From sequence record OP953026.1: 64,000 nucleotides of DNA; one strand, 5' to 3'. Both the position numbers and the translations under genes were made by a program. This document shows positions 47,591 through 56,615 of this stretch, in pieces (the first letter of the stretch is position 1; each line of letters opens with the position of its first letter). The notes below the pieces were generated by a model that saw nothing but the letters and a program-made list of their open reading frames with translations, was not told the DNA's origin and made no database searches.

Positions 47591-47778
47591 TATTAAGGGA
47601 CACTTAATGAGAGTCCCTATTTATTTTGCGTAAGTGTATATATGAAAAAGAAAGCATTTATTGAAACTAGTCTAAAATATTCAAACACCAAATATAACAA
47701 AGCGATCATCTGTAATGAAATAAAATTCAAACGGTACTAAACATACTAACCCTATGAATTAAAACGCACGGTGGTTGT

Positions 47779-48177
47779 ATGAAAATCTATGGTTCTTCTT
47801 TTCATGAGGTCACACTAGAATATGGAAAACCCTTTATACGCAATGGGGTTTTAAAACATTTACCTGATCTAGGTACACCAGACTTAGGATGGACTGATTT
47901 TAATATCCTTGAAATTATTCCAGGACCAGGTTATATCGATAAGAATACTCTAAACTTTTATAAAGAAAGAGATTGCTTATTTCCAGCAATCGTCAGGTTT
48001 ACTGTATTTGAAGAAGAGCGTAATCGTATTATATCAACAATTAATGTTGATCTGGCGAAAAAGGAATTAGAGTGGAATAAGACTGATCGTTTTTGGGAAA
48101 TCGAAAACTTTGCAATTAGATTCCAATTAACTCAAAATCCTTATTCAGTTTTATGGGCATCCAATGGATCACTATAG
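47779..48177 (+). CDS. hypothetical protein
   Basis: 132 aa, GGTGG RBS. Confidence 0.7.
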   Translation: MKIYGSSFHEVTLEYGKPFIRNGVLKHLPDLGTPDLGWTDFNILEIIPGPGYIDKNTLNFYKERDCLFPAIVRFTVFEEERNRIISTINVDLAKKELEWNKTDRFWEIENFAIRFQLTQNPYSVLWASNGSL

Positions 48178-48598
48178 GTGTCATATGCTTACAATGGTTC
48201 CGTTATACCCTGGTGTGAGAGGATATCTTGAAGACTCGGTATTTTCAAAGAATGGGATTAATGATATTGGTTATCATAAATGGCTATCCCCTAAACGAGT
48301 GGTAGGTCCAGATGGGCTAATCATTAGTGAGGTAAAGATAACTCCACGTATAGCCAGAATGGAAGGCGAAGTAATTCTTAAAGTATGGGATAAATGGCGA
48401 AGAGCCCAGCCTAAGCTAGTTGCTACTGTGTATATTGATCCTAAAGATAATTCATACAGGGTAGAAGTAGAGCCTTTTTATGCATGTCGTCGGATATTAC
48501 TTGAAGTGGATTTATGGGCTCAAGTAATACCTGGTGACCGTGCACCATTTGTAAATGACTCTGTAGATGGTACATGGGCATCAAGAGATATTATTTAA
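48164..48598 (+). CDS. hypothetical protein
   Basis: 144 aa, overlapping operon gene. Confidence 0.65.
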   Translation: MDHYRCHMLTMVPLYPGVRGYLEDSVFSKNGINDIGYHKWLSPKRVVGPDGLIISEVKITPRIARMEGEVILKVWDKWRRAQPKLVATVYIDPKDNSYRVEVEPFYACRRILLEVDLWAQVIPGDRAPFVNDSVDGTWASRDII

Positions 48599-48897
48599 TG
48601 CTTATACCAATTAAACTTCGTAAGACATTTAAAAGACTGGGCAAAAGACATTCTAAAAGAGTGTTGGCTGCCCAGTCATCTTTTCTGCCGTTTGGTGAAT
48701 TAACGTTGAGGAAGCAAAGAATGCCTAAGAAAAATAAAGAATATATTCTTGATGTTATTGATACTAATACTAAAGAACTACAGGCACAGATTAATACGTT
48801 AAGTGAACTTGTATGTGAACAACAGAAACAAATTAGTTTATTAAACAGAACACTAGTTGAGTTACAAGATAATTTGAAAAAAAAAGATAGGGATTAA
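48598..48897 (+). CDS. basic coiled-coil protein
   Basis: TAATG-coupled ATG 48598; C-terminal heptad pattern. Confidence 0.65.
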   Translation: MLIPIKLRKTFKRLGKRHSKRVLAAQSSFLPFGELTLRKQRMPKKNKEYILDVIDTNTKELQAQINTLSELVCEQQKQISLLNRTLVELQDNLKKKDRD

Positions 48898-48899
48898 AA

Positions 48900-49229
48900 A
48901 TGAATGTAGTTGATGAGTACCTACTTTTGACCTTATTCTGGATAGTTGTTTTATTTTCATTTATCCATGTATCGCAACGTTATAAACGAATTAAAGAAAA
49001 ACGAAGAGTTGATTTTCTAGTTAAAAGAGAATTAGTATATAATTATTTCAAAGTAACAGATCCTTCTGAATTAACTAATGATTCTATAGAAAGTATTATA
49101 CTTAAATTAATTGGTGATAATTATAGAAAATTAACAGATATGCAGAAATTAGTAATTAGGGCAGCAGCAGGTCGTGGTTATATGTATAACCCTAACAGAC
49201 CAATTGGCAAACATTTGAAATATATGTGA
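48900..49229 (+). CDS. single-pass membrane protein
   Basis: N-terminal YLLLTLFWIVVLFSFIHV helix. Confidence 0.7.
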   Translation: MNVVDEYLLLTLFWIVVLFSFIHVSQRYKRIKEKRRVDFLVKRELVYNYFKVTDPSELTNDSIESIILKLIGDNYRKLTDMQKLVIRAAAGRGYMYNPNRPIGKHLKYM

Positions 49230-49238
49230 GTTATAAAA

Positions 49239-49754
49239 ATGTCAGAAAACCGCCCGTTATATATAGCTGCTATTAAAAAAGATCTTTTAAAAACAACAGG
49301 TTTGTATAAACCTTATAATGATTCACCAATAGCTGTGGTTAGTAATGAAACCAGTAAGTGGCATGTAATGCTAAATATATTACGACATGGTTGGGAATGG
49401 ATTGAAATACCTGAAGGTGAGATTAAACAACCGGAAAGTTACCATGACTATGTTATTCTAGCATTAACCACTGTATTAACTGATACTTTAGATTATAAAA
49501 ATGATCCAAACTCTGATAAATATATCAAGCAAATAATCTGTACTGATATAGCACTAAAAGTTGAATATGATAAATTAATCAATGTGCTAGAGACAAGTAA
49601 CGAGTTAGATTTAGCTGATGAATACACCTTTACTAAACAAGGTAATCTCAGAGGATATTTCCATTATGATGAGTATTATGGTTTAGATGTACTGGCATGT
49701 GCATCTTATGTGATCTGTTCACATATCGAACTAACACCTAGAAATGTTAAATAA
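49239..49754 (+). CDS. hypothetical protein
   Basis: 171 aa ORF. Confidence 0.7.
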   Translation: MSENRPLYIAAIKKDLLKTTGLYKPYNDSPIAVVSNETSKWHVMLNILRHGWEWIEIPEGEIKQPESYHDYVILALTTVLTDTLDYKNDPNSDKYIKQIICTDIALKVEYDKLINVLETSNELDLADEYTFTKQGNLRGYFHYDEYYGLDVLACASYVICSHIELTPRNVK

Positions 49755-49766
49755 TAGGAACTACTG

Positions 49767-50366
49767 ATGAAAAAACGTACCGCTTATATCGATCGTGCTA
49801 AATTCCGAGATTTTCTAGCCGAGAAAAAAATTAGCGTAAGTAGCCGACAGTGGATTGAAAAGAGCCACCCAGATCATAAAGAATATTACAAGGCAATCCT
49901 AGATTACGTCGTATCTAATGTAAAATTCAAAGAAGAACGTTATATTGAAAAGGCAAATGAGGTTATTATTAATGGGTGTATTCGATATCATCTACCCATT
50001 CACGCTCAACGTGCACTAACTGTAGTTGAAGAAGAATTCATTAATAATGCTAGTCTTCAATTTACTTATCTGAATGATAATGATACTAATATTGCCAATA
50101 TTAACTTTGAAGAAGTTCTTGATGCACAAGTAACTGAGAATGAAACTGAACTAAGACAAAGTTGGGAATATGTCAATTGTGATATCAACCCATCAGAATA
50201 CTTTATTGATGTTGTTGATGTACCAGAAGAACTAATTCTTCGTCTATCTGTATTCCGTTTTGTACACAGTATCAAGAAACTGGAAGTAAAGGATAAGTTA
50301 GATCTTGCCGATGTTGTAGGTAAAGATCTAGTTATTGAAGATGGTAACGTTAAGGTTGTAGAATGA
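49767..50366 (+). CDS. hypothetical protein
   Basis: 199 aa, AGGA RBS. Confidence 0.75.
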   Translation: MKKRTAYIDRAKFRDFLAEKKISVSSRQWIEKSHPDHKEYYKAILDYVVSNVKFKEERYIEKANEVIINGCIRYHLPIHAQRALTVVEEEFINNASLQFTYLNDNDTNIANINFEEVLDAQVTENETELRQSWEYVNCDINPSEYFIDVVDVPEELILRLSVFRFVHSIKKLEVKDKLDLADVVGKDLVIEDGNVKVVE

Positions 50367-50443
50367 TTTAAGGCTATTTTAGTAGCTTTATATTCTGATC
50401 TTAGCAACCTAGGTACAACGTGATGCAATGTTTAACACACGTA

Positions 50444-50788
50444 ATGAAGTTAGTGGCCGTATTAAGTACGTTGTTATACGTATCAAACCCACTAGCTGCA
50501 TCGTTGGTAGTTGACGAGAATTACTGTAATGGTGTTGCACTTATAGCACATGCCACAGCAGAAGCACGTCAGCGTAAAACACCCATTTTACAATGGGAAG
50601 AAAACCTACGATCCCTAAAAGGGTACGGCGTGAAGAACAAAGATAACGTTCTTTACAATGTTCTCCCAGCAGCAATTAAAGAGGTGCACGTTGTGTATTC
50701 ACGTAGACAAAGCCCACGTGATGCATACGTTACATCATTTAAAACCTGTATGGATAACAACTACGGTAAAGCTGTGGTTGTAAAATAA
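50444..50788 (+). CDS. predicted secreted protein with a Cys pair
   Basis: Signal-like MKLVAVLSTLLYVSNPLAA; NYC...ARQ...TC pattern. Confidence 0.65.
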   Translation: MKLVAVLSTLLYVSNPLAASLVVDENYCNGVALIAHATAEARQRKTPILQWEENLRSLKGYGVKNKDNVLYNVLPAAIKEVHVVYSRRQSPRDAYVTSFKTCMDNNYGKAVVVK

Positions 50789-50790
50789 AT

Positions 50791-50817
50791 ACCAGCCCTT
50801 CGGGGCTGGTTTATTTC
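50791..50817 (+). terminator. intrinsic terminator (UUCG loop)
   Basis: ACCAGCCC-TTCG-GGGCTGGT followed by TTATTT. Confidence 0.85.
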
Positions 50818-50844
50818 ATCTAGATGAGAATCTGTGGGTTGCAA

Positions 50845-51141
50845 ATGTATAAAGTATTTGTTATATCAATGATAACACTAACGGCTATATCAACATGTGT
50901 AACTTTCATTATTAATATAAAAAATCATTATATTCACTGGATGGGTGTTTATAAGGTTAGATATGTATTAGATAAAATGCCCAATGGCATAAGTTATTTT
51001 TTCTATCAAAATGCTGTCCAAGACATTATAGATAAAGAATCATCTAAAATAACAAATCAACATATTTTTACATCTTTTATTTACGATATCAACTCATTGA
51101 TTATATTAAAATGTAATAATAGGGAAACAGCAAATGAATGA
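50845..51141 (+). CDS. single-pass membrane protein (paralogue set B)
   Basis: ORF track 50824..51141; N-terminal hydrophobic helix from MYKVFVISMITL. Confidence 0.65.
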   Translation: MYKVFVISMITLTAISTCVTFIINIKNHYIHWMGVYKVRYVLDKMPNGISYFFYQNAVQDIIDKESSKITNQHIFTSFIYDINSLIILKCNNRETANE

Positions 51142-51424
51142 TATCATGACAGTAATTATAGGTATTTTGTTTCTGATTATAATGATGGCTTTAATTAACT
51201 GGGGTTATTATGCCATCAAACACACGATAAAGTGTAACAGGCTTTATAAAGAAGCACTATCAATTATTGACAATATGAGTGATGGTTTATCTGAATACCA
51301 GTATACAGTAGCTATTGGACGTTTACGTAAAAAGGCATACTCTATCGACCATTTAACTGCTGTTAAAATGTTTGAAGCATTAGACTTAGTTATTAAAGAT
51401 AAGTCAAGAAAGAAAAATAAATAA
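51134..51424 (+). CDS. single-pass membrane protein (paralogue set B)
   Basis: IMTVIIGILFLIIMMALINWG helix. Confidence 0.7.
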   Translation: MNDIMTVIIGILFLIIMMALINWGYYAIKHTIKCNRLYKEALSIIDNMSDGLSEYQYTVAIGRLRKKAYSIDHLTAVKMFEALDLVIKDKSRKKNK

Positions 51425-51425
51425 G

Positions 51426-51492
51426 CATAAATAGGAGAGCTATTTAGCTCTCCTTTATTGCATTAAATTTTTTTTGAAATCTATATTACATA
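51426..51492 (+). promoter_or_regulatory. terminator plus early promoter cassette
   Basis: AGGAGAGC-TATTTA-GCTCTCCT followed by TATTGCATTAAATTTTTTTTGAAATCTATATTAC (core 51482-51489). Confidence 0.8.
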
Positions 51493-51525
51493 TTTGGTCA
51501 AGTCATATCAAAATAGGTAGTTATA

Positions 51526-51699
51526 ATGCTAGCATTACATTCACTACTATTATTAGTTATAGTGATTTGTTATATAATTCATAAGTGGTTGTGGTATACT
51601 TTCAATATGTTTAAACTAAAAGACATTATTAAAAATAAAGACAATTTAACTAATGATGAACTATTAAAATTACTCATTGATAAAATAAAGGCAACCTAA
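51526..51699 (+). CDS. small single-pass membrane protein (57 aa), not in the ORF track
   Basis: MLALHSLLLLVIVICYIIHKWLWY...IDKIKAT*; AGGT RBS; first gene after an early promoter; TAATG-coupled to the next gene. Confidence 0.65.
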   Translation: MLALHSLLLLVIVICYIIHKWLWYTFNMFKLKDIIKNKDNLTNDELLKLLIDKIKAT

Positions 51700-52166
51700 T
51701 GTATCCATTCTTTACAGGTAATGAGAAAGTTACTGTAGATGTTCTTGATGATAAACATAATCTACATAGAAGTTGGACTGATTATAAACATCCCATCACG
51801 ACGCGTGTGGACGGTAAACTAACCAATGTGTGGTATAAAGTTGAACCACCGATGAGTGCTAAGGATATTGAAAATAACTTTACAATTGACAAAGATAAAG
51901 TTAAATTATCTAATCGTTTGCACCAAGCTTTAGATGCAACGTTGATTAAAAATGAATTAGAAGAGTTTAACAAATTAATTGATCTATGCGTAAAACATGT
52001 TAATTCAGTTAGTATTCATCTAGGTCTTACTATTTGGAAATTAGCAGATACTGTAAAATATGAAAAAGCAGATTTAAAGAAACTATTTAATGCACATTAT
52101 ACCAAATCTACTGAACTTGTAAAAGAAAAGAATATAGTGCCCTCAGTAGAAGATATCTTCCTATAA
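51699..52166 (+). CDS. hypothetical protein
   Basis: 155 aa ORF. Confidence 0.7.
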   Translation: MYPFFTGNEKVTVDVLDDKHNLHRSWTDYKHPITTRVDGKLTNVWYKVEPPMSAKDIENNFTIDKDKVKLSNRLHQALDATLIKNELEEFNKLIDLCVKHVNSVSIHLGLTIWKLADTVKYEKADLKKLFNAHYTKSTELVKEKNIVPSVEDIFL

Positions 52167-52188
52167 TTTATTTAAAGGTAATACAAAT

Positions 52189-53097
52189 ATGCTAAAGGTA
52201 AAATCATTACTCACTGGCCATATTCTTCGAGCTACCTATGATTGGTTTCTTGAGAATAACTTCAGAGATATTCTAATTGTAGCACATACTCAATTAGTAC
52301 CTGATTTATCTGAGGTAGCTCTAAAGCATGCGAAAGAAGATCACACTATCACTTTCAATATCCATCCACGCTGTGCAAAGAATTTTTATATCAGTGACGA
52401 ATATATCTCTTTCAATGTAACAGTAAATGGAGTTGGGGTCAGTATTAAACTTCCTCTTTATGCAGTATTGGGTGTAGTTACACCTATTGATGATAATTCT
52501 AACGCATTCTTTGAAATGCCACTAGTAGATAGATATCTCAATGCAGATACTATTCGTGCAACATTAGAAGGAACTGTTAATAATGTAGTTGACAAAAACC
52601 CAGTATTAACTACCGTAGGTAATGTCACTGAGGTTAATTTTAAAAATAAAGCCGATACCACTAATGGTAAGTTAGTTGTAAGGAATACATCTGAGAATGA
52701 GCATGATCAGATGATTGAAAGCGCCATTAACAGAGTAACTGAATTTAGTAATCCAGAATTAGATGCACATATTAGAGTAGCGGTAACTGTAATTAAACAG
52801 AATGCACCAGAATTAATTATGGATTGGTGTGAGCGGGTTATTAATTGTACACGTAATGAAAACTATCAGGATAACATCAATGTACTTATGATGGAACTTC
52901 TCAGTTACCCTATTTCAAATGTGGTCAGTGAATCAACTGTTGACTCGGGTGATAATACATCTAATTCATTTGACAATGATGTAAATAAGATGGTTGAGGA
53001 TTTCAATAATTCTTCCAATTCGCAGGTTATTATTAATAAACCTTCTCGTCCTACCGGTCCACCAAAACTCACTGTTATTAAAGGTGGTAAGAAATGA
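52189..53097 (+). CDS. sspB: SspB-like (stringent starvation protein B) ClpXP adaptor
   Basis: ILRATYDWFLEN...ITFNIHPRC...ISFNVTVNG...KLPLYAVLG follows the SspB domain; C-terminal RPTGPPKLTVIKGGKK resembles the ClpX-binding motif. Confidence 0.8.
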   Translation: MLKVKSLLTGHILRATYDWFLENNFRDILIVAHTQLVPDLSEVALKHAKEDHTITFNIHPRCAKNFYISDEYISFNVTVNGVGVSIKLPLYAVLGVVTPIDDNSNAFFEMPLVDRYLNADTIRATLEGTVNNVVDKNPVLTTVGNVTEVNFKNKADTTNGKLVVRNTSENEHDQMIESAINRVTEFSNPELDAHIRVAVTVIKQNAPELIMDWCERVINCTRNENYQDNINVLMMELLSYPISNVVSESTVDSGDNTSNSFDNDVNKMVEDFNNSSNSQVIINKPSRPTGPPKLTVIKGGKK

Positions 53098-53351
53098 ATG
53101 CAACTTTAGCAATTCTTTTTAGTAGTATCAGTATCGCTGGTTATCAAGCCAATGGTGCATCGCAGTCAACCGCTGAGTTCTCTGACATGGCTACTTGTTT
53201 TAGCGCGATTGAGCGCATTCAAAAACTAGCTAAAGCAAGTGCTATTCGTAATAATGTAGAGACTGTAAAAATCAGTGATGGTGTTCTATTACGTTATTTT
53301 TCTTCTAGTACTAGTAAAGTAGAACATACTCTAATCTGTGTAAATAAATAG
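53094..53351 (+). CDS. small predicted secreted protein
   Basis: 85 aa with a hydrophobic N-terminus and two Cys. Confidence 0.6.
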   Translation: MNATLAILFSSISIAGYQANGASQSTAEFSDMATCFSAIERIQKLAKASAIRNNVETVKISDGVLLRYFSSSTSKVEHTLICVNK

Positions 53352-53359
53352 GTACGGAT

Positions 53360-54067
53360 ATGTCTGAGAAAATGTATTTATCTTTTTCTGGAATTGGACA
53401 CAATGACGTAATCAAACAAGATCTTAATGGATTCGTTCCAATGGATGTATCAACTATTGATAATGAAGTAGCTAATCGATTATTTTACACTCCATTCAAT
53501 AGTTCTGAACCAGGTACCTCATTACCTAATGTTGCTAATGTGGTATTCAAGGTATTACCTATCCATATCGAGGATAACACTATCTGTGTTTTAGATAGTT
53601 GTTCTAGTACCGAATACTCATTGAATGACTTAGTTGATACCAGTGTCTCATCATTAGAAACATATGGTCCATTAATAGATTTACGTAGTAGTGATCCAAT
53701 TGAGACATATGCTAATCAGGCAGTGTATACTTGGTTAAATAAGAATATCTGTGATATCGAATTTGAAGTACATGGCGGGCTGCAAGTGCAACTAACTGCT
53801 GACCAAGTGCGTTCCAATGTTAATGCATTTGTAGCAGGTATTGATCTTGACATCGACGATAAATTGATGGTATATGTGGTGATTAAAATCAATGATCGTT
53901 TATACGATGCTTGGTCTAGTCAACATGTGGTGGAACCATTAACAATGTATCATGTACAAGGTGGTCATGAGCCTATTGTCTATAGTGAAACCCATATTGA
54001 AAATAGCCTATTGCGATATGCTAAAGAGAAAGGTTGGGCTGAAATTTTGACTCGTATTGGTCTGTAA
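53360..54067 (+). CDS. hypothetical protein
   Basis: 235 aa ORF. Confidence 0.7.
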   Translation: MSEKMYLSFSGIGHNDVIKQDLNGFVPMDVSTIDNEVANRLFYTPFNSSEPGTSLPNVANVVFKVLPIHIEDNTICVLDSCSSTEYSLNDLVDTSVSSLETYGPLIDLRSSDPIETYANQAVYTWLNKNICDIEFEVHGGLQVQLTADQVRSNVNAFVAGIDLDIDDKLMVYVVIKINDRLYDAWSSQHVVEPLTMYHVQGGHEPIVYSETHIENSLLRYAKEKGWAEILTRIGL

Positions 54068-54131
54068 TAAAAATACTTTTAATAGACTAATATTATAGGC
54101 AAAATACTGGCCGATTGGTTAGTTGCGCTTA

Positions 54132-54151
54132 GGGGGTCCTTCGGGACTCCC
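54132..54151 (+). other. UUCG hairpin without U tract
   Basis: GGGGGTCC-TTCG-GGACTCCC just upstream of the AGGAGG RBS of 54173. Confidence 0.55.
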
Positions 54152-54172
54152 GTATGCCGTCTAGGAGGTTTT

Positions 54173-54466
54173 ATGTATACAGTTACACTTGAACAAGTAG
54201 GACACCGTATACAGTCTAGTTTAAGTGCTTTTGTAATTAGACCGTTTGAAAATACCATTACGCATAATGATACGTCTTATTACTTGATTATGGGTAAAGA
54301 TGATTTCGATAACATGCACATGGAATGGCGAGATGTAGTTGTAGCTGATAGTCAAGCAGTTATAGTTGCTACATACACTCCATCGAAAAACTCATTTAAT
54401 CTTGTAAAAAATGAATTAGGTATTCCAGTTAATATCAAATACAAACGGATAGAGGTTGATCTATGA
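54173..54466 (+). CDS. hypothetical protein
   Basis: 97 aa, AGGAGG RBS. Confidence 0.7.
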   Translation: MYTVTLEQVGHRIQSSLSAFVIRPFENTITHNDTSYYLIMGKDDFDNMHMEWRDVVVADSQAVIVATYTPSKNSFNLVKNELGIPVNIKYKRIEVDL

Positions 54467-54493
54467 TTACCAGTAAGGTTAGAGGAATGAAGT

Positions 54494-54694
54494 ATGGATC
54501 GTCTTGATGAAAGAATCACATTCAGTGTAAAGTCGTACAAAATTTTCAATGCTCTCTCCCATGGCCGAGTTCGGGCATTGATTATTAACTTTAAAGATGG
54601 TAAGGGTACGATCGTATCTATTAGTGATGATCGCCGCCATGATAAACATCTCTGGTTCAACTGTGGACTAGTAGACAATCCGAGGATCAAGTAA
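54494..54694 (+). CDS. small hypothetical protein
   Basis: 66 aa, TAATG-coupled to thyA. Confidence 0.6.
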   Translation: MDRLDERITFSVKSYKIFNALSHGRVRALIINFKDGKGTIVSISDDRRHDKHLWFNCGLVDNPRIK

Positions 54695-56160
54695 TGGAAC
54701 AATATCTTAATTCAATCCGTTTAGTTAAAGAACACGGTGTACATAAAGGTGACCGTACTGGTACTGGTACTCAGAGCATGTTTGGTCAACAAGAACGTTA
54801 TAGTCTGCGTAATAATCGGCTACCAGTTGTAACCACCAAGAAGATTCATCTAGCTTCTGTAATTCATGAATTGTTCTGGATGCTGTCAGGTGATACTAAG
54901 GTGGATTACCTGATCGCTAATGGTGTACGCATCTGGAACGAGTGGGTTAAACCTGAAACCGCAGTATATGAGCCGATGACCGATGAGGCCGTTCTTAAAG
55001 CAGTAACTGCCCTCATTGGTGCCCCATTCGTAATGTACTTACATTGTATGAACGATGACTCTACTCCATTCATTGAGACTGTAGCGGAATTCGAGTCGGG
55101 TATGACTCCAGAGACTATTCAGGCCTTCTGGGATGAATATCCAGTTAACCGTGAGGAAATCCAATACATCATTGGAGTTAGCGTAACGTCGTGGAATAGG
55201 TTCGCTACTGAAGGGTTCGATGAAGCCAAAAATCCTGAAGGTATTCGTGCTGAATATAACAAGCGACTGTATCGTGCTTTGATGCATAAAGAACCAGAGC
55301 GTCTGGTCGGCGGCGATCTAGGTGCTGTTTACGGTAAGACATGGCGTAATCTTGAAGACACTCGTGTAATCCCTAAATATGAGTGGTTTGATTATGAGAA
55401 GCGTGGTTTTGACTTCGTGGCGGATATCCCAGGTACAACCATGGAAACCGATCGATGCGTGGTTACTCGACGTATCGACCAAATCCAAGACATCATCGAT
55501 CAACTTCGCACCAACCCGGATTCTCGTCGGATCATTGTTTGTGCATGGGCGCCACATCTTATTGATGAGCAGGCACTCCCACCTTGCCACGCATTTATTC
55601 AGTTCTGGACCCGTGAACTGACCGTAGATGAACGAGTGCAAGCTCTAGACCAAACCCAGTTCGAAGCTGATGCTTATCATGATAAGATTAGTGGTGAGAT
55701 TACTCGTGGTCAACCTCCATTCGATAGTGCTGAGCAGGTTAAAGCACTTCTGCGTGTCTGTCGTGGTTATGAAAAGGCTACAGATGAAGCAGTAGTAGAA
55801 TGGCTGGATCAACATGGTGTTCCTAAACGTGCATTGAGTTGCCAACTCTATCAAAGATCTTGTGATACTTTCTTAGGAAAACCCTTTAATATCACGTTCT
55901 ACAGTCTGCTGACCCATATGTTAGCTAACCAAATGAATATGATTGCTGAAGAGTTTATCTGGACTGGTGGTGATGTACATATTTACTCTAACCACCAAGA
56001 ACAAACTGATCTTCAATTAACTCGTGAACCGAAGGTTCTACCTACCATCCGTTTTAAAGAAGAAGCTATTGGTAAAGATATTCGGGAAATTGGTGTAGAT
56101 GATTTTGTTATCGAGAACTATGAATATCATCCACACATTGCTGGTAAAGTTGCTGTTTAA
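54694..56160 (+). CDS. thyA: thymidylate synthase (ThyA) with large insertions
   Basis: DRTGTGT, IWNEW, catalytic ALPPCH, LYQRSCD, and HIYSNH motifs. Confidence 0.96.
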   Translation: MEQYLNSIRLVKEHGVHKGDRTGTGTQSMFGQQERYSLRNNRLPVVTTKKIHLASVIHELFWMLSGDTKVDYLIANGVRIWNEWVKPETAVYEPMTDEAVLKAVTALIGAPFVMYLHCMNDDSTPFIETVAEFESGMTPETIQAFWDEYPVNREEIQYIIGVSVTSWNRFATEGFDEAKNPEGIRAEYNKRLYRALMHKEPERLVGGDLGAVYGKTWRNLEDTRVIPKYEWFDYEKRGFDFVADIPGTTMETDRCVVTRRIDQIQDIIDQLRTNPDSRRIIVCAWAPHLIDEQALPPCHAFIQFWTRELTVDERVQALDQTQFEADAYHDKISGEITRGQPPFDSAEQVKALLRVCRGYEKATDEAVVEWLDQHGVPKRALSCQLYQRSCDTFLGKPFNITFYSLLTHMLANQMNMIAEEFIWTGGDVHIYSNHQEQTDLQLTREPKVLPTIRFKEEAIGKDIREIGVDDFVIENYEYHPHIAGKVAV

Positions 56161-56168
56161 CATAAAAC

Positions 56169-56197
56169 GCCTCCCTTCGGGGAGGCTTTATTTTCCT
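56169..56197 (+). terminator. intrinsic terminator (UUCG loop)
   Basis: GCCTCCC-TTCG-GGGAGGC followed by TTTATTTT. Confidence 0.85.
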
Positions 56198-56214
56198 TTG
56201 GAGGTATACTTCTT

Positions 56215-56604
56215 ATGAACATTATCGAACTTAAACGTCAACTTTAACTCGCCGAGGAACTGATGGGTATAGACCCTGCTCCACTTAAAATCGGTATCGC
56301 TGGTGATCGAGTTGATACTGCAACTCGATGCAGTATTTTCAATGGGAAAGATCCAGGTAGGGAATTCAGTATCAGTCTTGGAATTGTTAGCCGAAAGCAA
56401 TTGCTTGAACACACTGACGATGCATTGATTCTCAATAAGCCCGAGAAAGAGCCTATTGTCATCCCATACAAAGCTATCTACGACATGCCTACTTCTCTTG
56501 AATTCGAGGAAGAACTGATCTCGGAAGGATGGTTGGTCTACAATATTCTCAGGACACCGATATTCATGTGGCTTGATGCTGGTAAAACAGAAAAACTTAA
56601 ATAA
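56215..56604 (+). pseudogene. hypothetical gene with in-frame premature TAA
   Basis: GGAGGT RBS, ATG 56215, TAA at 56245-56247, then the same frame continues into the 56263..56604 ORF. Confidence 0.6.
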
Positions 56605-56615
56605 GGAAAAATGAA

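Noticed and set aside
53360-54067. Degenerate NUDIX hydrolase
   Set aside because: No GX5EX7REUXEE box is visible.
54950-55830. Inteins or introns in thyA insertions
   Set aside because: The frame is continuous, there are no Cys/Ser...His-Asn intein termini or endonuclease motifs, and the inserts are short.
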